Assembly: GCF_001194135.2 (NCBI RefSeq) | Contig: NC_068987.1 | Span: 62,658,136 to 62,690,666 of the forward strand | Source of the DNA: Octopus bimaculoides | Taxonomy: Eukaryota | DNA: 32,531 bases | Direction of reading: 5' to 3' | Shown here: one piece after another, positions 12,462 to 23,651 of the stretch | Layout of the letters: each line of letters starts with the position of its first letter | How positions within the stretch are numbered: the first letter of the stretch is position 1 | Program-made: the position numbers and the translations under genes | Notes under the pieces: model-generated | Seen by the model: only the letters and a program-made list of their open reading frames with translations | Database searches by the model: none | What the model was told of the DNA's origin: nothing

Positions 12462-12674
12462 AAGGCAGTGCTCGCCGCAGAATCGTTAGTGTATTGGGCG
12501 AAATGCTTAGTGGGTTGAATTTCTTTACGTTCCGGGTTGAATTTCCACCGAGGTCGACTTTGCCTTTCCCCCTTTTGGGGTCGATGAAATAAGTACAAGT
12601 TGAGCACTTGGATGATGTAATTAATTAGCCCCCTCCTCCAAAGTTTCAGGCCTTGTGCTTATAGTAGAAAGAAT
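12462..12674 (+). mobile_element. SINE family A copy (tail type 1)
   Basis: aaggcagtgctcgccgcagaatcgttag...gaggtcgactttgcctt...ttggggtcgatgaaataagtac...ggccttgtgcttatagtagaaagaatt. Confidence 0.85.
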
Positions 12675-12680
12675 TTTTTG

Positions 12681-12903
12681 CGCAGAATCTTTAGTGCATC
12701 GATCGGGCAAAATGTTTAGTGACATTTCTTTTGCCTCTTTACGCACTGAGTTCAAATTCCGCCGAGGTTGACTTTGACTTTTTTTCTTTCTTTCTTTCGA
12801 GGTCAATAAAGTAATTGTCAGCCCAGTACTGCGACCAATGTGATCAACTAACTCCCTTCCCTTTAAATTTTGCATGCCTCGTGCCAAAAACTAAAACCAT
12901 ATT
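12681..12903 (+). mobile_element. SINE family A copy (tail type 2), directly behind the previous copy
   Basis: gcagaatctttag...gagttcaaattccgccgaggttgactttgac...gtgccaaaaactaaaaccatatt. Confidence 0.8.
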
Positions 12904-12915
12904 TTTTCTCCTACT

Positions 12916-13175
12916 GTGAAGACGCGTGGCCTAGTGGTTAAGGATGTTGCACTCACGCTCGTAAGATCGTCGTTTCGATTCCCGAACAGAGCAGTGTGTT
13001 GTGTTCATGGGCTAAACACTTCACTTTCTCCCAGTCCGCTCAGCAATAAATGAGTTCCAGCAATGGCTGGGAAGTCGATCCTGCGACAGAACGGCGTCCC
13101 ATTCATAGAGATGTGTTGTAATCTCTGCCACTCATACGATATAGAAATCGAGTTGAATTCCGACCTAATGCGACC
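12916..13175 (+). mobile_element. tRNA-derived SINE, family C
   Basis: A box TGGCCTAGTGG (12927-12937) and B box GTTTCGATTCCC (12972-12983). The body contains ctaaacacttcac...ccagtccgctcagc...cctgcgacagaacggcgtccc. Confidence 0.75.
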
Positions 13176-14197
13176 AAAGATCTAAGTTTAACAGATCTAA
13201 GTTTAAGTAAGATACAAAAGATCTTGTCTCCAGATTTCTTGGAATATTTTGCGTACCTTCTCATTTTCGGCAGCTAATCACTTCTTTCTCGTGCAAAGAA
13301 ATTCTGTTAAAACTATTTATGCAGGCTAAAGGAGTATCCACGTACTTTAAAATCAGAATGACTGTTTCTTGTATTCCCATGTGTTATTTATTATTCTCTC
13401 ATTTATTCTCATAGTCTGAGGTCTTTCTTCAGACATTCTAAATCGGGAATCAGGCTGACTGTCAGGTTATTGACTCAGTTTCTATCCCCCAAAAGAAGCC
13501 ATTTCACTTTGTTTATACTACTAATACATGGTAAATCAAACGTTTCCCCGTTTCTCCTTGGTCAAAATATAGGCCATCTAACTCTAGTCAGAAGAAACTT
13601 TCTTTCTAAGCTTTATAATAACATCTACTATGACATCTTTTACAGTGTATTCGTATCATTTACTATTGTTGTTTGTTTTCTTTGATTTTGTACAGTTTTC
13701 TCTTGTACCTTTGTTATTTCAGCTGTATTCAACGTAATGTTTACTTCGCGATGTTTTTACATAAATATATGTACTTTGGCATATCCTCCACTCTATCGAG
13801 ACCACTGTTTCTTCATCTCACAAAGCGAAAAGTTTTATGGTTGTCAAAATTTATCTCGTAGCATCATTTTGTTTTTCTGTTATAGCTTACACGCAATCGT
13901 TTTCTTGTTTCTTTTTTATTTAGTTATTACTGTGTTGCAGAAAAGTTGTAGCGTAGGAATATCATTTTGATTCCACAATTTATATCCTTGTTTTAAGCTA
14001 ACAAGAAGCCCACCTGGCAAGTTGTTTCTTGCCCCTGCGGAGTTAAAATTTGCAAAACATAATTCAAAATGTTCTTTTGAAAATTATAAATTTAGAAAGA
14101 TGGCGTCGCCTTCAACAGTTAAAAAACAGGAGGTGAGTATGAATTTATTTGATGGAAAGTTAGAAACTGTGTCAGAGGCCTCCCCTTCAATCAGCCC

Positions 14198-15110
14198 GTG
14201 AGGACTCACTCCTCTAAAAGTTCATATTTGAAAAGTTACATTACCACCACCGCTGCTGTGACGTGCGGTAGCAATAGCAGCAACAACGACAGCAACGACA
14301 ACTTCAACAACAACAACATGCCAAACAAAGAGGAAAACAACCACAAATTGTCAGACCTCACCACCGCCACCGCCACCTCAACTACCTCAACAAGACGTGA
14401 TGTTGTTGTTGGCACTCCATCGCTTACGACGTCGAGGGTTCCAGTTGATCCGATCAACGGAACAGCCTGCTCGTGAAATTAACGTGTAAGTGGCTGAGCA
14501 ATCCACAGACACGTGTACCCTTAACGTAGTTCTCGGGGATATTCAGCGTGACACAGTGTGACAAGGCTGGCCCTTTGAAATACAGGTACAACAGAAACAG
14601 GAAGAAAGAGTGAGAGAAAGTTGTGGTGGAAGAGTACAGCAGGGTTCGCCACCATCCCCTGCCAGAGCCTCGTGGAGCTTTAGGTGTTTTCGCTCAATAA
14701 ACACTCACAAACGCCCGGTCTGGGAATCGAAACCGCGATCCTATGACCGCGAGTCCGCTGCCCTAACCGCTGGGCCATTGCGCCTCCACAAGACGTGATG
14801 ATAGCAATAACAAAAACACCAGCAACTACAAAAGCAGAAGCATGAAAGCTTACTCTCACAACCACCATCACCAACACTGACACTGCGGCTGCATTAGTTA
14901 GCCGTGACGGCAACAACAGCAACAGCAATTGTAACGACATAGCAAGCGAAGCTGTGCATGGCGACGAGGAAAGCATCCCCATCACCGCCACTGTCCCAAC
15001 AGCCAAGAATAACAAGGACAATACTGCTGCTCACTCTGACAACAATACTTCAACTAATGTGGCTGTTCGAAGCAGTAACAATACCATGACCCAAATCTAT
15101 GTGGCGGACA
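14198..15110. repeat. Degenerate (CAA/CAC/CAG)-rich low-complexity tract interrupted by a SINE
   Basis: Imperfect trinucleotide runs lie on both sides of the SINE at 14403-14787. Confidence 0.7.
14403..14787 (-). mobile_element. Full-length tRNA-derived SINE, family B, with 13-bp TSD
   Basis: The reverse complement reads ggaggcgcaaTGGCCCAGCGGttagg...GTTTCGATTCCC...gagtgccaacaacaaca. It is flanked by the exact direct repeat ACAAGACGTGATG (14390-14402 and 14788-14800). Confidence 0.92.
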
Positions 15111-15118
15111 AGCACACA

Positions 15119-16630
15119 GACCCAAGAAATGCTTTGCGAAATTTGTTCCGGCTTTTTACATGCTAAGTTCAAATTCTGCCACGGTCATCTTTGCTTTTAA
15201 TCCATCTGGTCAATAAAATTAAAGTCCCATCAGAGTAAAGAGTTGAAATAACCAACTAATTTGTCCCCCATGAAAACCCTTGGTCTTGTGCCTAAATCAG
15301 AAACCACGCTTATTATTAATCTCCCAATATGTGTGAATTTGTTTCTACATTAGAATTTATTACTATGAAAAAATAAAAAAAAAGCGGCAAACTAACAGAA
15401 TCGTTAGCACGCCGGACAAACGGCTCAGCGGCATTTCTTCTAGTTTTACGTTCTAAGTGGAAATGCAGCCAGAGTCTACTTAGCCTTCTATCCTCGTGGA
15501 CTCGTGAAAATAAATACAATCGATTAGACCCCTTCTCCAAAATTTCAGGACTTGTGCCTATAGCAGAAAACACTATTATGAAAAGTGGGGAACTAAAGAA
15601 TCAGTTGAGCACAACATGTAATACACAGCATTTAGTTACGTTCGCTTAACTTCTGAGTGCAAAACCCACCGATTTGAGTTTTTGTTTCATCCTTCCGACA
15701 TTGATAGAATAAGCACCAGTCAAATATCGAGCAGATTAGGTCGGCTCTTCCTAGTGAATGTTGGTTTTGTGCCTCTTTTAGAAATCATTATGTCATTATT
15801 ATAAGGCGATGTACAAGCAGAATCGTTAACACGCCAAGCAAAATGCATAGCGGCGTTTCATTCGTCTTTCCGTTCTGGGTTCAAATTCCGCGAAGGTCGA
15901 CTTTGCCTTTCGTTCTTTCGGAGTTGATAAAATAAGTATCAGTTGAGTACTGGGGTTCGATATAATCGATTTACCCCTTCCCCTAAATTGCTGGCCTTGT
16001 GCCAAAATTTGAAAGTATTATTATAAGGCAGCGAGCTGGTAAAATCGTTACCACCTCGGGTAAAATGCTAGCCCCTCCCACAAAATTTCAGGTTTTGTGT
16101 ATATATTAGAAAGAATTATCATTATGAAATAAGGTAGCAAACCTGGCAGAATTCTCAGCATACCGGACAAAATGCTTAGTGGCATTTCTTCCAGATTTAC
16201 ATTCTGAAATGAAATTCCACCGATATCGACTTTGCTTTTCATCCTCTCGGGGTCGATAAAATAAATACCAGTTGCTCGCTAGAGTTGATGTAATCGACTA
16301 GCGTTTCCGCCAAAATTTCAGGCCTTCTGCCTGTAGTATAAAGAATTATTAATATGATGATGAAGGCGATGCCTCTAGTATAATTATTAATTATAAGCTG
16401 AAGGCGACGAGCTGGCAGAATCGTTAGCATGCCGGAAAAATGCTTAGCGGCATTTCGTCCATCTTTACGTTCTGAGTTCAAATGCTGCTGGATTAATGAA
16501 ATAAGTACCAGCTCAGCACTGGGATCGATGTCATCGGCTTACTCCCTTCCCCGAAATTGCTGTCCTTGTACCAAAACTTTTAAAACCACTATTATGAAGC
16601 TGGGTATGTACAAAATTTGAAACCATTTAC
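15119..16630 (+). mobile_element. Head-to-tail cluster of about 7 SINE family A copies
   Basis: Copies at ~15119-15316 (5'-truncated), 15382-15579, 15581-15791 (very decayed), 15803-16024, 16025-16126 (internally deleted), 16131-16351 and 16401-16595. Most start aaggc/aagcg right after the preceding ATT-rich tail. Confidence 0.85.
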
Positions 16631-17215
16631 TACATATGGCAGAAATCATTAAGTATTGTATGTACATCTTCATGTTTTTGATTCTAAGTCATACTGCGAT
16701 TAATTATTCTATTGAAAGTTAGACTCTGTATAGTTTTCAAATCACCCAAAGACTATAAACCGTGAATAATATCATTGTCTTTTAGTTCCCCATACTTGTA
16801 TAAGGACTTCAGTTTAAGTTAGAATTCAAATATTACCTGTCTTTGTTTTCATACAAATGTTTCGCTGTAACACCTCTAGATTCTTCGGAACATTGTTTTA
16901 TGTTTCAAGGTTGACTAACTAGAAACTTATTTAACGGATTACTATGACAATGTTACAAATGTCGGTTAGTGTGGACGCTGAATATCTCCGCTTCCTAACA
17001 ATACCATTTAGGAAGCCATAATATAACTGTATATCTCTCTGATCCTAGTAGTATTATTTCGGAAGCCGTACTATAACGTTATCTCTCTCTTCCCCATTTT
17101 CTCATACTAAGAGCACCAAATTGTTGACTATTACATCAATTCCAACCAACATTTTTATCAGATTTCGAAATTCTATCAACTAGACTTATGGGAGTAATTA
17201 TAACCCTCGGCTTCT

Positions 17216-17396
17216 AAGCATCATCACCACCACCACCACCATCACCACCATCATCATCGTCATCATCATCATCATCGGTGTCGTTGTCATCGTCGTTGTC
17301 ATCGTTGTTGTCATCATTATCATCATCGTCGTTGTCGTCATCATTATTTTTCTTCATCAAAGTAGTAGTAGCAGCAGCAGCAGCTGCGGTAGCAGT

Positions 17397-17460
<64 letters not shown>

Positions 17461-17495
17461 CAGCTGTAGCATAGTAGTAGTAGTAGTAGTAGTAG
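17216..17495. repeat. Compound trinucleotide microsatellite (CAT/CAC/GTC)n-(GCA)n-(TAG)n
   Basis: Directly visible; it explains the poly-Y/poly-D ORF 17214-17528. Confidence 0.95.
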
Positions 17496-18322
17496 TACAT
17501 ATATTGCAGCATGTACGTTTGGGATCATGTTGTTTAAGGAACTGACATTTCTTTAATTAATCTTACACAACTAAAATGCTCTAATTTTATTTTATATTTT
17601 CTTATTTTCTGATTTTCTTTTCCAATCATGGATGAATTTCTTCGCTGTTCCAATATTTGATTCGGAATTAAGTTTAATCTAGTGAGTGTGTCTTAAATAA
17701 AATTATCTGCTGGAGATTTTGTTTCAAAGGAGATTTTTAGGTATTAACTATACACGGATATTCTCCTGTAAACATTATCAAAAAGTTAATGAGCTGTGTG
17801 TTTTCAGTCAGACACTATCAGGTCTACAGAACATTAGGAAATTATTATTTACAAATGTTATACATACTCTATTATATGTAGGTATGTATGTACACACGTA
17901 TACGTACGGACGTACGTTCACCAACACAATCGTTAGATAATTGTATAAACATACATGTACATAGATATATCCTCATGTTCACGTGCGCACATACACTCAG
18001 AAACACAGGTATATCACACACATGCACATACACACACAGTGAAGCCTTAGATTCTAACAGACCTTAGATTCCACCGAGTGATTAAATAAATCTATTTCAT
18101 GTAATTAAGAACTAATTCATTTATGTATCCAACTTTATGTGTGCGTTCGTATATGCGTATGTTCGCACAAATCCGTTACGTGCAGCGCTCAAGACAACCT
18201 ATGTAACGAAAACATAGACTAAACACCTTATATTTAACTACCAACGTTACCGTTTTTCCACTCCATCATCTTTACTGTGTATGTTATAACCAAAAGCTTA
18301 ACTCTTTACTTGTCCTGCGTAT

Positions 18323-18995
18323 CACATGTGAAACACGTGGATGCCAGGGAAATATGTCTCTTGTGTACTACATGTGATGCACACGGATGCCATGGAAATA
18401 TGTGCTGTGCATTACATGTAATACATAAAATATATTTCCCAGGCACCCATGCATCATGTATAATACACTTACCCAATTTTTTTCATCCACCAGAATAACT
18501 TGGGAATTTATGAAAGGAAAGCTTTATATTAGTTAGAACGTATGAAACAAAGGCTAACTAAATGTCTGAGAGACAAGGATGGACGTTCAGGACAAACGTA
18601 CATTAATGCTTTCGACAGGGAAAGGGCTAAGATATTAATTAATGTGGTGATAGTGCAGTAGTCATTGTTATGATGATGATTGTGAAGGCGGTGTTGTTTG
18701 TTATTGTTATAGTTGTGGTAGTGGTTGTGATGCTTGTTAACCCTTTGCTTGTTCTATATATCACGTGATACAACAGGGCATATATATATATCCCTGACAT
18801 CCATTCATCGTATATATATATACGATACACATTCCCAATTTTCTTCAACCACTAGTATAACTTTGAACTTATGAAAGGAAAGCTTTATATTACTCGGAAC
18901 ACATGAAAGAAATGCTAATAAAAAGTTTGAAAACAAGCATGGACATTTAAGATAAACTTATGAAAATGCTTTAGACAGGCAAAGTGTTAAGTGTC
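18323..18995. repeat. Diverged local duplication containing a 17-bp motif in both orientations
   Basis: 18430-18635 resembles 18785-18992 (shared cccaattt, ttatgaaaggaaagctttatatta, atgcttt.gacagg). A GGATGCCAGGGAAATAT-like motif occurs at 18339 and 18385 (+) and at 18432 and 18786 (-). Confidence 0.7.
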
Positions 18996-19106
18996 GAATA
19001 GAGTAGAACGTGAGTCAAACTGTTTTTTAGACAGTGATGATTTTTGAATTTTTTTGACTAAAAACACATAGAGCTAGAAAGATTGAGAGAGAGATAGACA
19101 AACAAG

Positions 19107-19127
19107 TATATATATATATATATATAT

Positions 19128-19220
<93 letters not shown>

Positions 19221-19250
19221 TAGACAGACAGACAGACACATTGAGAGAGA
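19107..19250. repeat. Compound microsatellite (TA)n(GATA)n(GA)n(GACA)n
   Basis: Directly visible in the sequence. Confidence 0.95.
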
Positions 19251-19309
19251 GATGTAAAAGAATACTAAAAATGATTTATGTGAAACTGCATGTATTCATG
19301 CAATAAAAG

Positions 19310-19630
19310 GAGAGAATGATAGTACTATTGAAGTAAGGAGACCAGATATGATCGCAGAGAGCAGAAAAAAGGTGTAATGTCATAGACTTTACAATAACAT
19401 ACGGCATTGGAGTGATATCAAAGGAATTGAGAAAATTGCGAAGTGTCTGGAAATTGTTCCTGTGGTAGTTGGTACATTTGGCATAACATACAAATTACTA
19501 TCGAAGAGGATAAAGGTTATTGAAATTGAAATACATGTTGACATGCACAAAAGTGATTCCTGTATTTTGCAAGAATCCTAAGAAAGTTGTTGAGATTTGA
19601 AGAGACTTGGTGTCACCAAACCTCATATTA
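19310..19630 (+). mobile_element. R4/Dong-type LINE 3' fragment (restriction-like endonuclease)
   Basis: IEVRRPDM (19327-19350), VIDFTI, IVPVVVGTFG (from 19453) and ARILRK (19569-19586) match the RPD..., D..(V/I)P, VPVV(I/V)GALG and ARILRKVL motifs; the fragment is frameshifted. Confidence 0.8.
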
Positions 19631-19974
19631 ATTAAATTAGCATGTTATAGCTTTTGTACATTAGATATTATACGTTATAAAAAAGATTATTGCTATACAA
19701 AGAAAGGTTTTGAAAATTTTATAGTTATACGACTATAATTCAGGATGTTTATTTTGAAAAATTAATATATTAGTTTGGCTTCCTTGGTGCATAGGTTGCA
19801 TGTTATTCGATTACCATTGCAAGAAGATCGCTCGATACCGCACATATTTCTATATATGTATACATGCATATGCCTAAGCCTATTTGCAGCACGCGCATGG
19901 GTAGGTGTATGTAAATAGATATCTTTTATCTCATACTTTTTACTTGTTTCAATCATTGCGCTGGTGCAAATCGG

Positions 19975-20110
19975 TCATGCTGGTGCAAACAAATCGCTCC
20001 AACTCCCTACGGTTTTTTAAAGACTGGTACTAATTCTATCGATCTCTATTTTGCCGAATGCTAAATTAAGGAGACGTAAGAAAATCAACAGCGGTTGACA
20101 AGTGATGACA
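19975..20110 (+). repeat. Fragment of dispersed repeat family E
   Basis: gtcatgctggtgca...gactggtactaattctatcgatctc..ttttgccgaatgctaa...gacgtaag...cggttgacaag; homologous to 8190-8280. Confidence 0.6.
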
Positions 20111-20420
20111 GGAGTCGACAGTCACAGACACACTTCGATAGACAGACACACATATATACATACATACACAGATAGAACACATTTGTGTATGTACATACAG
20201 ATAAAATTATATATATATATATNNNNNNNNNNNNNNNNNNNNNNNNNNNNNNNNNNNNNNNNNNNNNNNNNNNNNNNNNNNNNNNNNNNNNNNNNNNATA
20301 TTGGAAGGTTTGGAGGTGATGTACAGGAATTATATATTAGAAAAAATAATAATCAGGTACTCAGATGTCTGGATGGTTGTATATTTACAGATTTTTATTC
20401 ATGTCACATGTTTTGTAAAT

Positions 20421-20453
20421 GACCCGGGTTTCTGGGTATTTACCCTTCGTCAG
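20421..20453 (-). ncRNA. Degenerate minimal type-I hammerhead ribozyme motif, probably from a Penelope-type terminal repeat (~20298-20480)
   Basis: The minus strand reads CUGACGA-aGGGU AAAU ACCCa-GAAA-CCCGG-GUC. The catalytic core is intact and stem III is the palindrome ACCCGGGU. The base of stem II is an A.A mismatch and stem I pairs poorly. Confidence 0.45.
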
Positions 20454-20477
20454 CGTACGACAATCACCGATCTTCGA

Positions 20478-20512
<35 letters not shown>

Positions 20513-20513
<1 letters not shown>

Positions 20514-20660
20514 GACGGGCTTCCATACAGTTTCCATCCACTGAATTAACTCACAACGTATTGGTTAGCCTGGGGTTATAGTAAAAGAGAAACTTCTACA
20601 AGGTGCCGCACTGTGGGACTGAACTCGAAACCACATGGTTGAACAGTTTCTTACCCACAG
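20513..20660 (-). mobile_element. tRNA-derived SINE, family D (diverged)
   Basis: The reverse complement ggtaagaaac..caaccatgtggtttcgagttcagtcccacagtgcggcaccttg...aaactgtatggaagcccgtcgtata matches the copy at 5512. Confidence 0.75.
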
Positions 20661-20792
20661 ATGAATCTGTATGTATAAAATATAATTTGTGAATTTATCT
20701 ATATATGTATGTGTACACGATTTGCACGTAAGTTTAAGCGTTAAACTGTTTATATATAATAGATATATAGCATCTTTATACATGTTTCTTCA

Positions 20793-21156
20793 GTGGAGGC
20801 GCAATGGCCCAGTGGTTAGAGCAGCGGACTCGCGGTCATAGGATCTCGGTTTCGATTCGCACATCGGTCGTTGTGAGTGTTTATCTGAGCGAAAATACCT
20901 AAAGCTCCACGAGGCTCTGGCAGGGGATGGTGGCGAACACTGCTGTACTGTTCCACCACAACTTTCTCTCACTCTTACTTCCTGTTTCTGTTGTGCCTGT
21001 AATTCAAAGGGTCAGCCTTGTCACACTGTGTCACGCTGAATATCCCCGAAAACTACGTTAAGGGTACACGTGTCTGTAGAGTGCTCAGCCACTTGCACGT
21101 TAATTTCAACTGGAACCCACGTCGTCGTCGTAATCGACGGAGTGCCAACAACAACA
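20793..21156 (+). mobile_element. tRNA-derived SINE, family B, with 13-bp TSD
   Basis: A box TGGCCCAGTGG (20805-20815), B-box-like GTTTCGATTC (20849-20858) and a (CAA)n tail. The exact TSD ACATGTTTCTTCA lies at 20780-20792 and 21157-21169. It lacks a ~28-bp segment (cgagcaggctgttccgttgatcggatca) present in the 14403 copy. Confidence 0.92.
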
Positions 21157-22012
21157 ACATGTTTCTTCATATTTCTTTTCCGTGACCTTTTTTTAAAAAA
21201 AATATTGTCTATCCTTTATTTCAAACTATACCACGTTTGTAGCCTTCTCTTGCTTCCTAAGTATTTCTGTTCTATATAAACTAACTTTCTTTTTAAAAAG
21301 ATACACGATTTGAAGCAACTGTACAATTAGGTACTTATTAATACAAATTTTATTCACTATACACTTTTTCGAGAATTAGTATGTATGCATGTATGTATAT
21401 ATATATATATATATATATGTGTATATATATATATATNNNNNNNNNNNNNNNNNNNNNNNNNNNNNNNNNNNNNNNNNNNNNNNNNNNNNNNNNNNNNNNN
21501 NNNNNNNNNNNNNNNNNNNNNNNNNNNNNNNNNNNNNNNNNNNNNNNNNNNNNNNNNNNNNNNNNNNNNNNNNNNNNNNNNNNNNNNNNNNNNNNNNNNN
21601 NNNNNNNNNNNNNNNNNNNNNNNNNNNNNNNNNNNNNNNNNNNNNNNNNNNNNNNNNNNNNNNNNNNNNNNNNNNNNNNNNNNNNNNNNNNNNNNNNNNN
21701 NNNNNNNNNNNNNNNNNNNNNNNNNNNNNNNNNNNNNNNNNNNNNNNNNNNNNNNNNNNNNNNNNNNNNNNNNNNNNNNNNNNNNNNNNNNNNNNNNNNN
21801 NNNNNNNNNNNNNNNNNNNNNNNNNNNNNNNNNNNNNNNNNNNNNNNNNNNNNNNNNNNNNNNNNNNNNNNNNNNNNNNNNNNNNNNNNNNNNNNNNNNN
21901 NNNNNNNNNNNNNNNNNNNNNNNNNNNNNNNNNNNNNNNNNNNNNNNNNNNNNNNNNNNNNNNNNNNNNNNNNNNNNNNNNNNNNNNNNNNNNNNNNNNN
22001 NNNNNNNNNNNN

Positions 22013-22317
22013 AGGGGAGGTCAGCAGCTTCCCCTTGCTGGTTTGGCATCTGCAGACTAGACTATTAATTGGCGATAAATATTAATTTCCAGTACCGCTG
22101 CCGTAGTCTCCTTTAGAGAGACTTAGAAATATTAATAACTCTATTTCTGAAAACCAGTGGATGTATTCTACTGAAATTAGATAAATAACCTTCCTACAGA
22201 CAGTCAGTAGCGCCGCCTGCTGGGACTCGGCTGCTCTGCATTGACAAGGGGCAACACCCTGAAACTAGTCTAGTCTGCAGATGCCAAACCAGCAAGGGGA
22301 AGCTGCTGACCTCCCCT
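22013..22317. repeat. Perfect 52-bp inverted repeat around a 201-bp spacer (MITE-like, or an assembly artefact)
   Basis: 22013-22064 is the exact reverse complement of 22266-22317. The left arm abuts an N gap. Confidence 0.75.
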
Positions 22318-22451
22318 GTTCGAAGGTTATAAAGGACGCAGGTTTCGTGTGTCACATAGCTAGCTAGAGGCGATGGCTTCTTGGAGCTAATTCACGGCAG
22401 CTTTCGTCCTAATTTTGGGACTACTATGTTGGCTTGACGATAACTATTAAT

Positions 22452-22485
<34 letters not shown>

Positions 22486-22493
22486 TGTGTGTC

Positions 22494-22546
<53 letters not shown>

Positions 22547-23545
22547 NNNNNNNNNNNNNNNNNNNNNNNNNNNNNNNNNNNNNNNNNNNNNNNNNNNNNN
22601 NNNNNNNNNNNNNNNNNNNNNNNNNNNNNNNNNNNNNNNNNNNNNNNNNNNNNNNNNNNNNNNNNNNNNNNNNNNNNNNNNNNNNNNNNNNNNNNNNNNN
22701 NNNNNNNNNNNNNNNNNNNNNNNNNNNNNNNNNNNNNNNNNNNNNNNNNNNNNNNNNNNNNNNNNNNNNNNNNNNNNNNNNNNNNNNNNNNNNNNNNNNN
22801 NNNNNNNNNNNNNNNNNNNNNNNNNNNNNNNNNNNNNNNNNNNNNNNNNNNNNNNNNNNNNNNNNNNNNNNNNNNNNNNNNNNNNNNNNNNNNNNNNNNN
22901 NNNNNNNNNNNNNNNNNNNNNNNNNNNNNNNNNNNNNNNNNNNNNNNNNNNNNNNNNNNNNNNNNNNNNNNNNNNNNNNNNNNNNNNNNNNNNNNNNNNN
23001 NNNNNNNNNNNNNNNNNNNNNNNNNNNNNNNNNNNNNNNNNNNNNNNNNNNNNNNNNNNNNNNNNNNNNNNNNNNNNNNNNNNNNNNNNNNNNNNNNNNN
23101 NNNNNNNNNNNNNNNNNNNNNNNNNNNNNNNNNNNNNNNNNNNNNNNNNNNNNNNNNNNNNNNNNNNNNNNNNNNNNNNNNNNNNNNNNNNNNNNNNNNN
23201 NNNNNNNNNNNNNNNNNNNNNNNNNNNNNNNNNNNNNNNNNNNNNNNNNNNNNNNNNNNNNNNNNNNNNNNNNNNNNNNNNNNNNNNNNNNNNNNNNNNN
23301 NNNNNNNNNNNNNNNNNNNNNNNNNNNNNNNNNNNNNNNNNNNNNNNNNNNNNNNNNNNATAAAGTTACACGCTTGATGTATTTTGTTTGTTTTTTGTCT
23401 GTTTGTTTTTTGTTTTTTTTAATAATATTTGCATTGTTTGTAGCTTTTATTTTCAGTTTTTTATTCGATAATTGCTGATATAATTCAACAATCGAATAAT
23501 TTAAGTTATCTCAAACTTCTAACCTTATATATCCTACATATACAT

Positions 23546-23586
<41 letters not shown>

Positions 23587-23610
23587 TACACATACGTAGC
23601 AACACGCACG

Positions 23611-23651
<41 letters not shown>

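Noticed and set aside
13290-13420. MGIQET / FKVRGYSF on the minus strand, resembling an APE endonuclease
   Set aside because: Only two short frameshifted motifs, with no further supporting motifs found.
15119-16630. Regularly spaced repeats as a possible CRISPR-like array
   Set aside because: The units are ~200-bp diverged SINEs without short identical repeats or unique spacers, the context is eukaryotic, and there are no cas genes.
12916-21156. tRNA-like A/B boxes as candidate tRNA genes
   Set aside because: They lack a complete cloverleaf and continue into SINE bodies with tails and TSDs.
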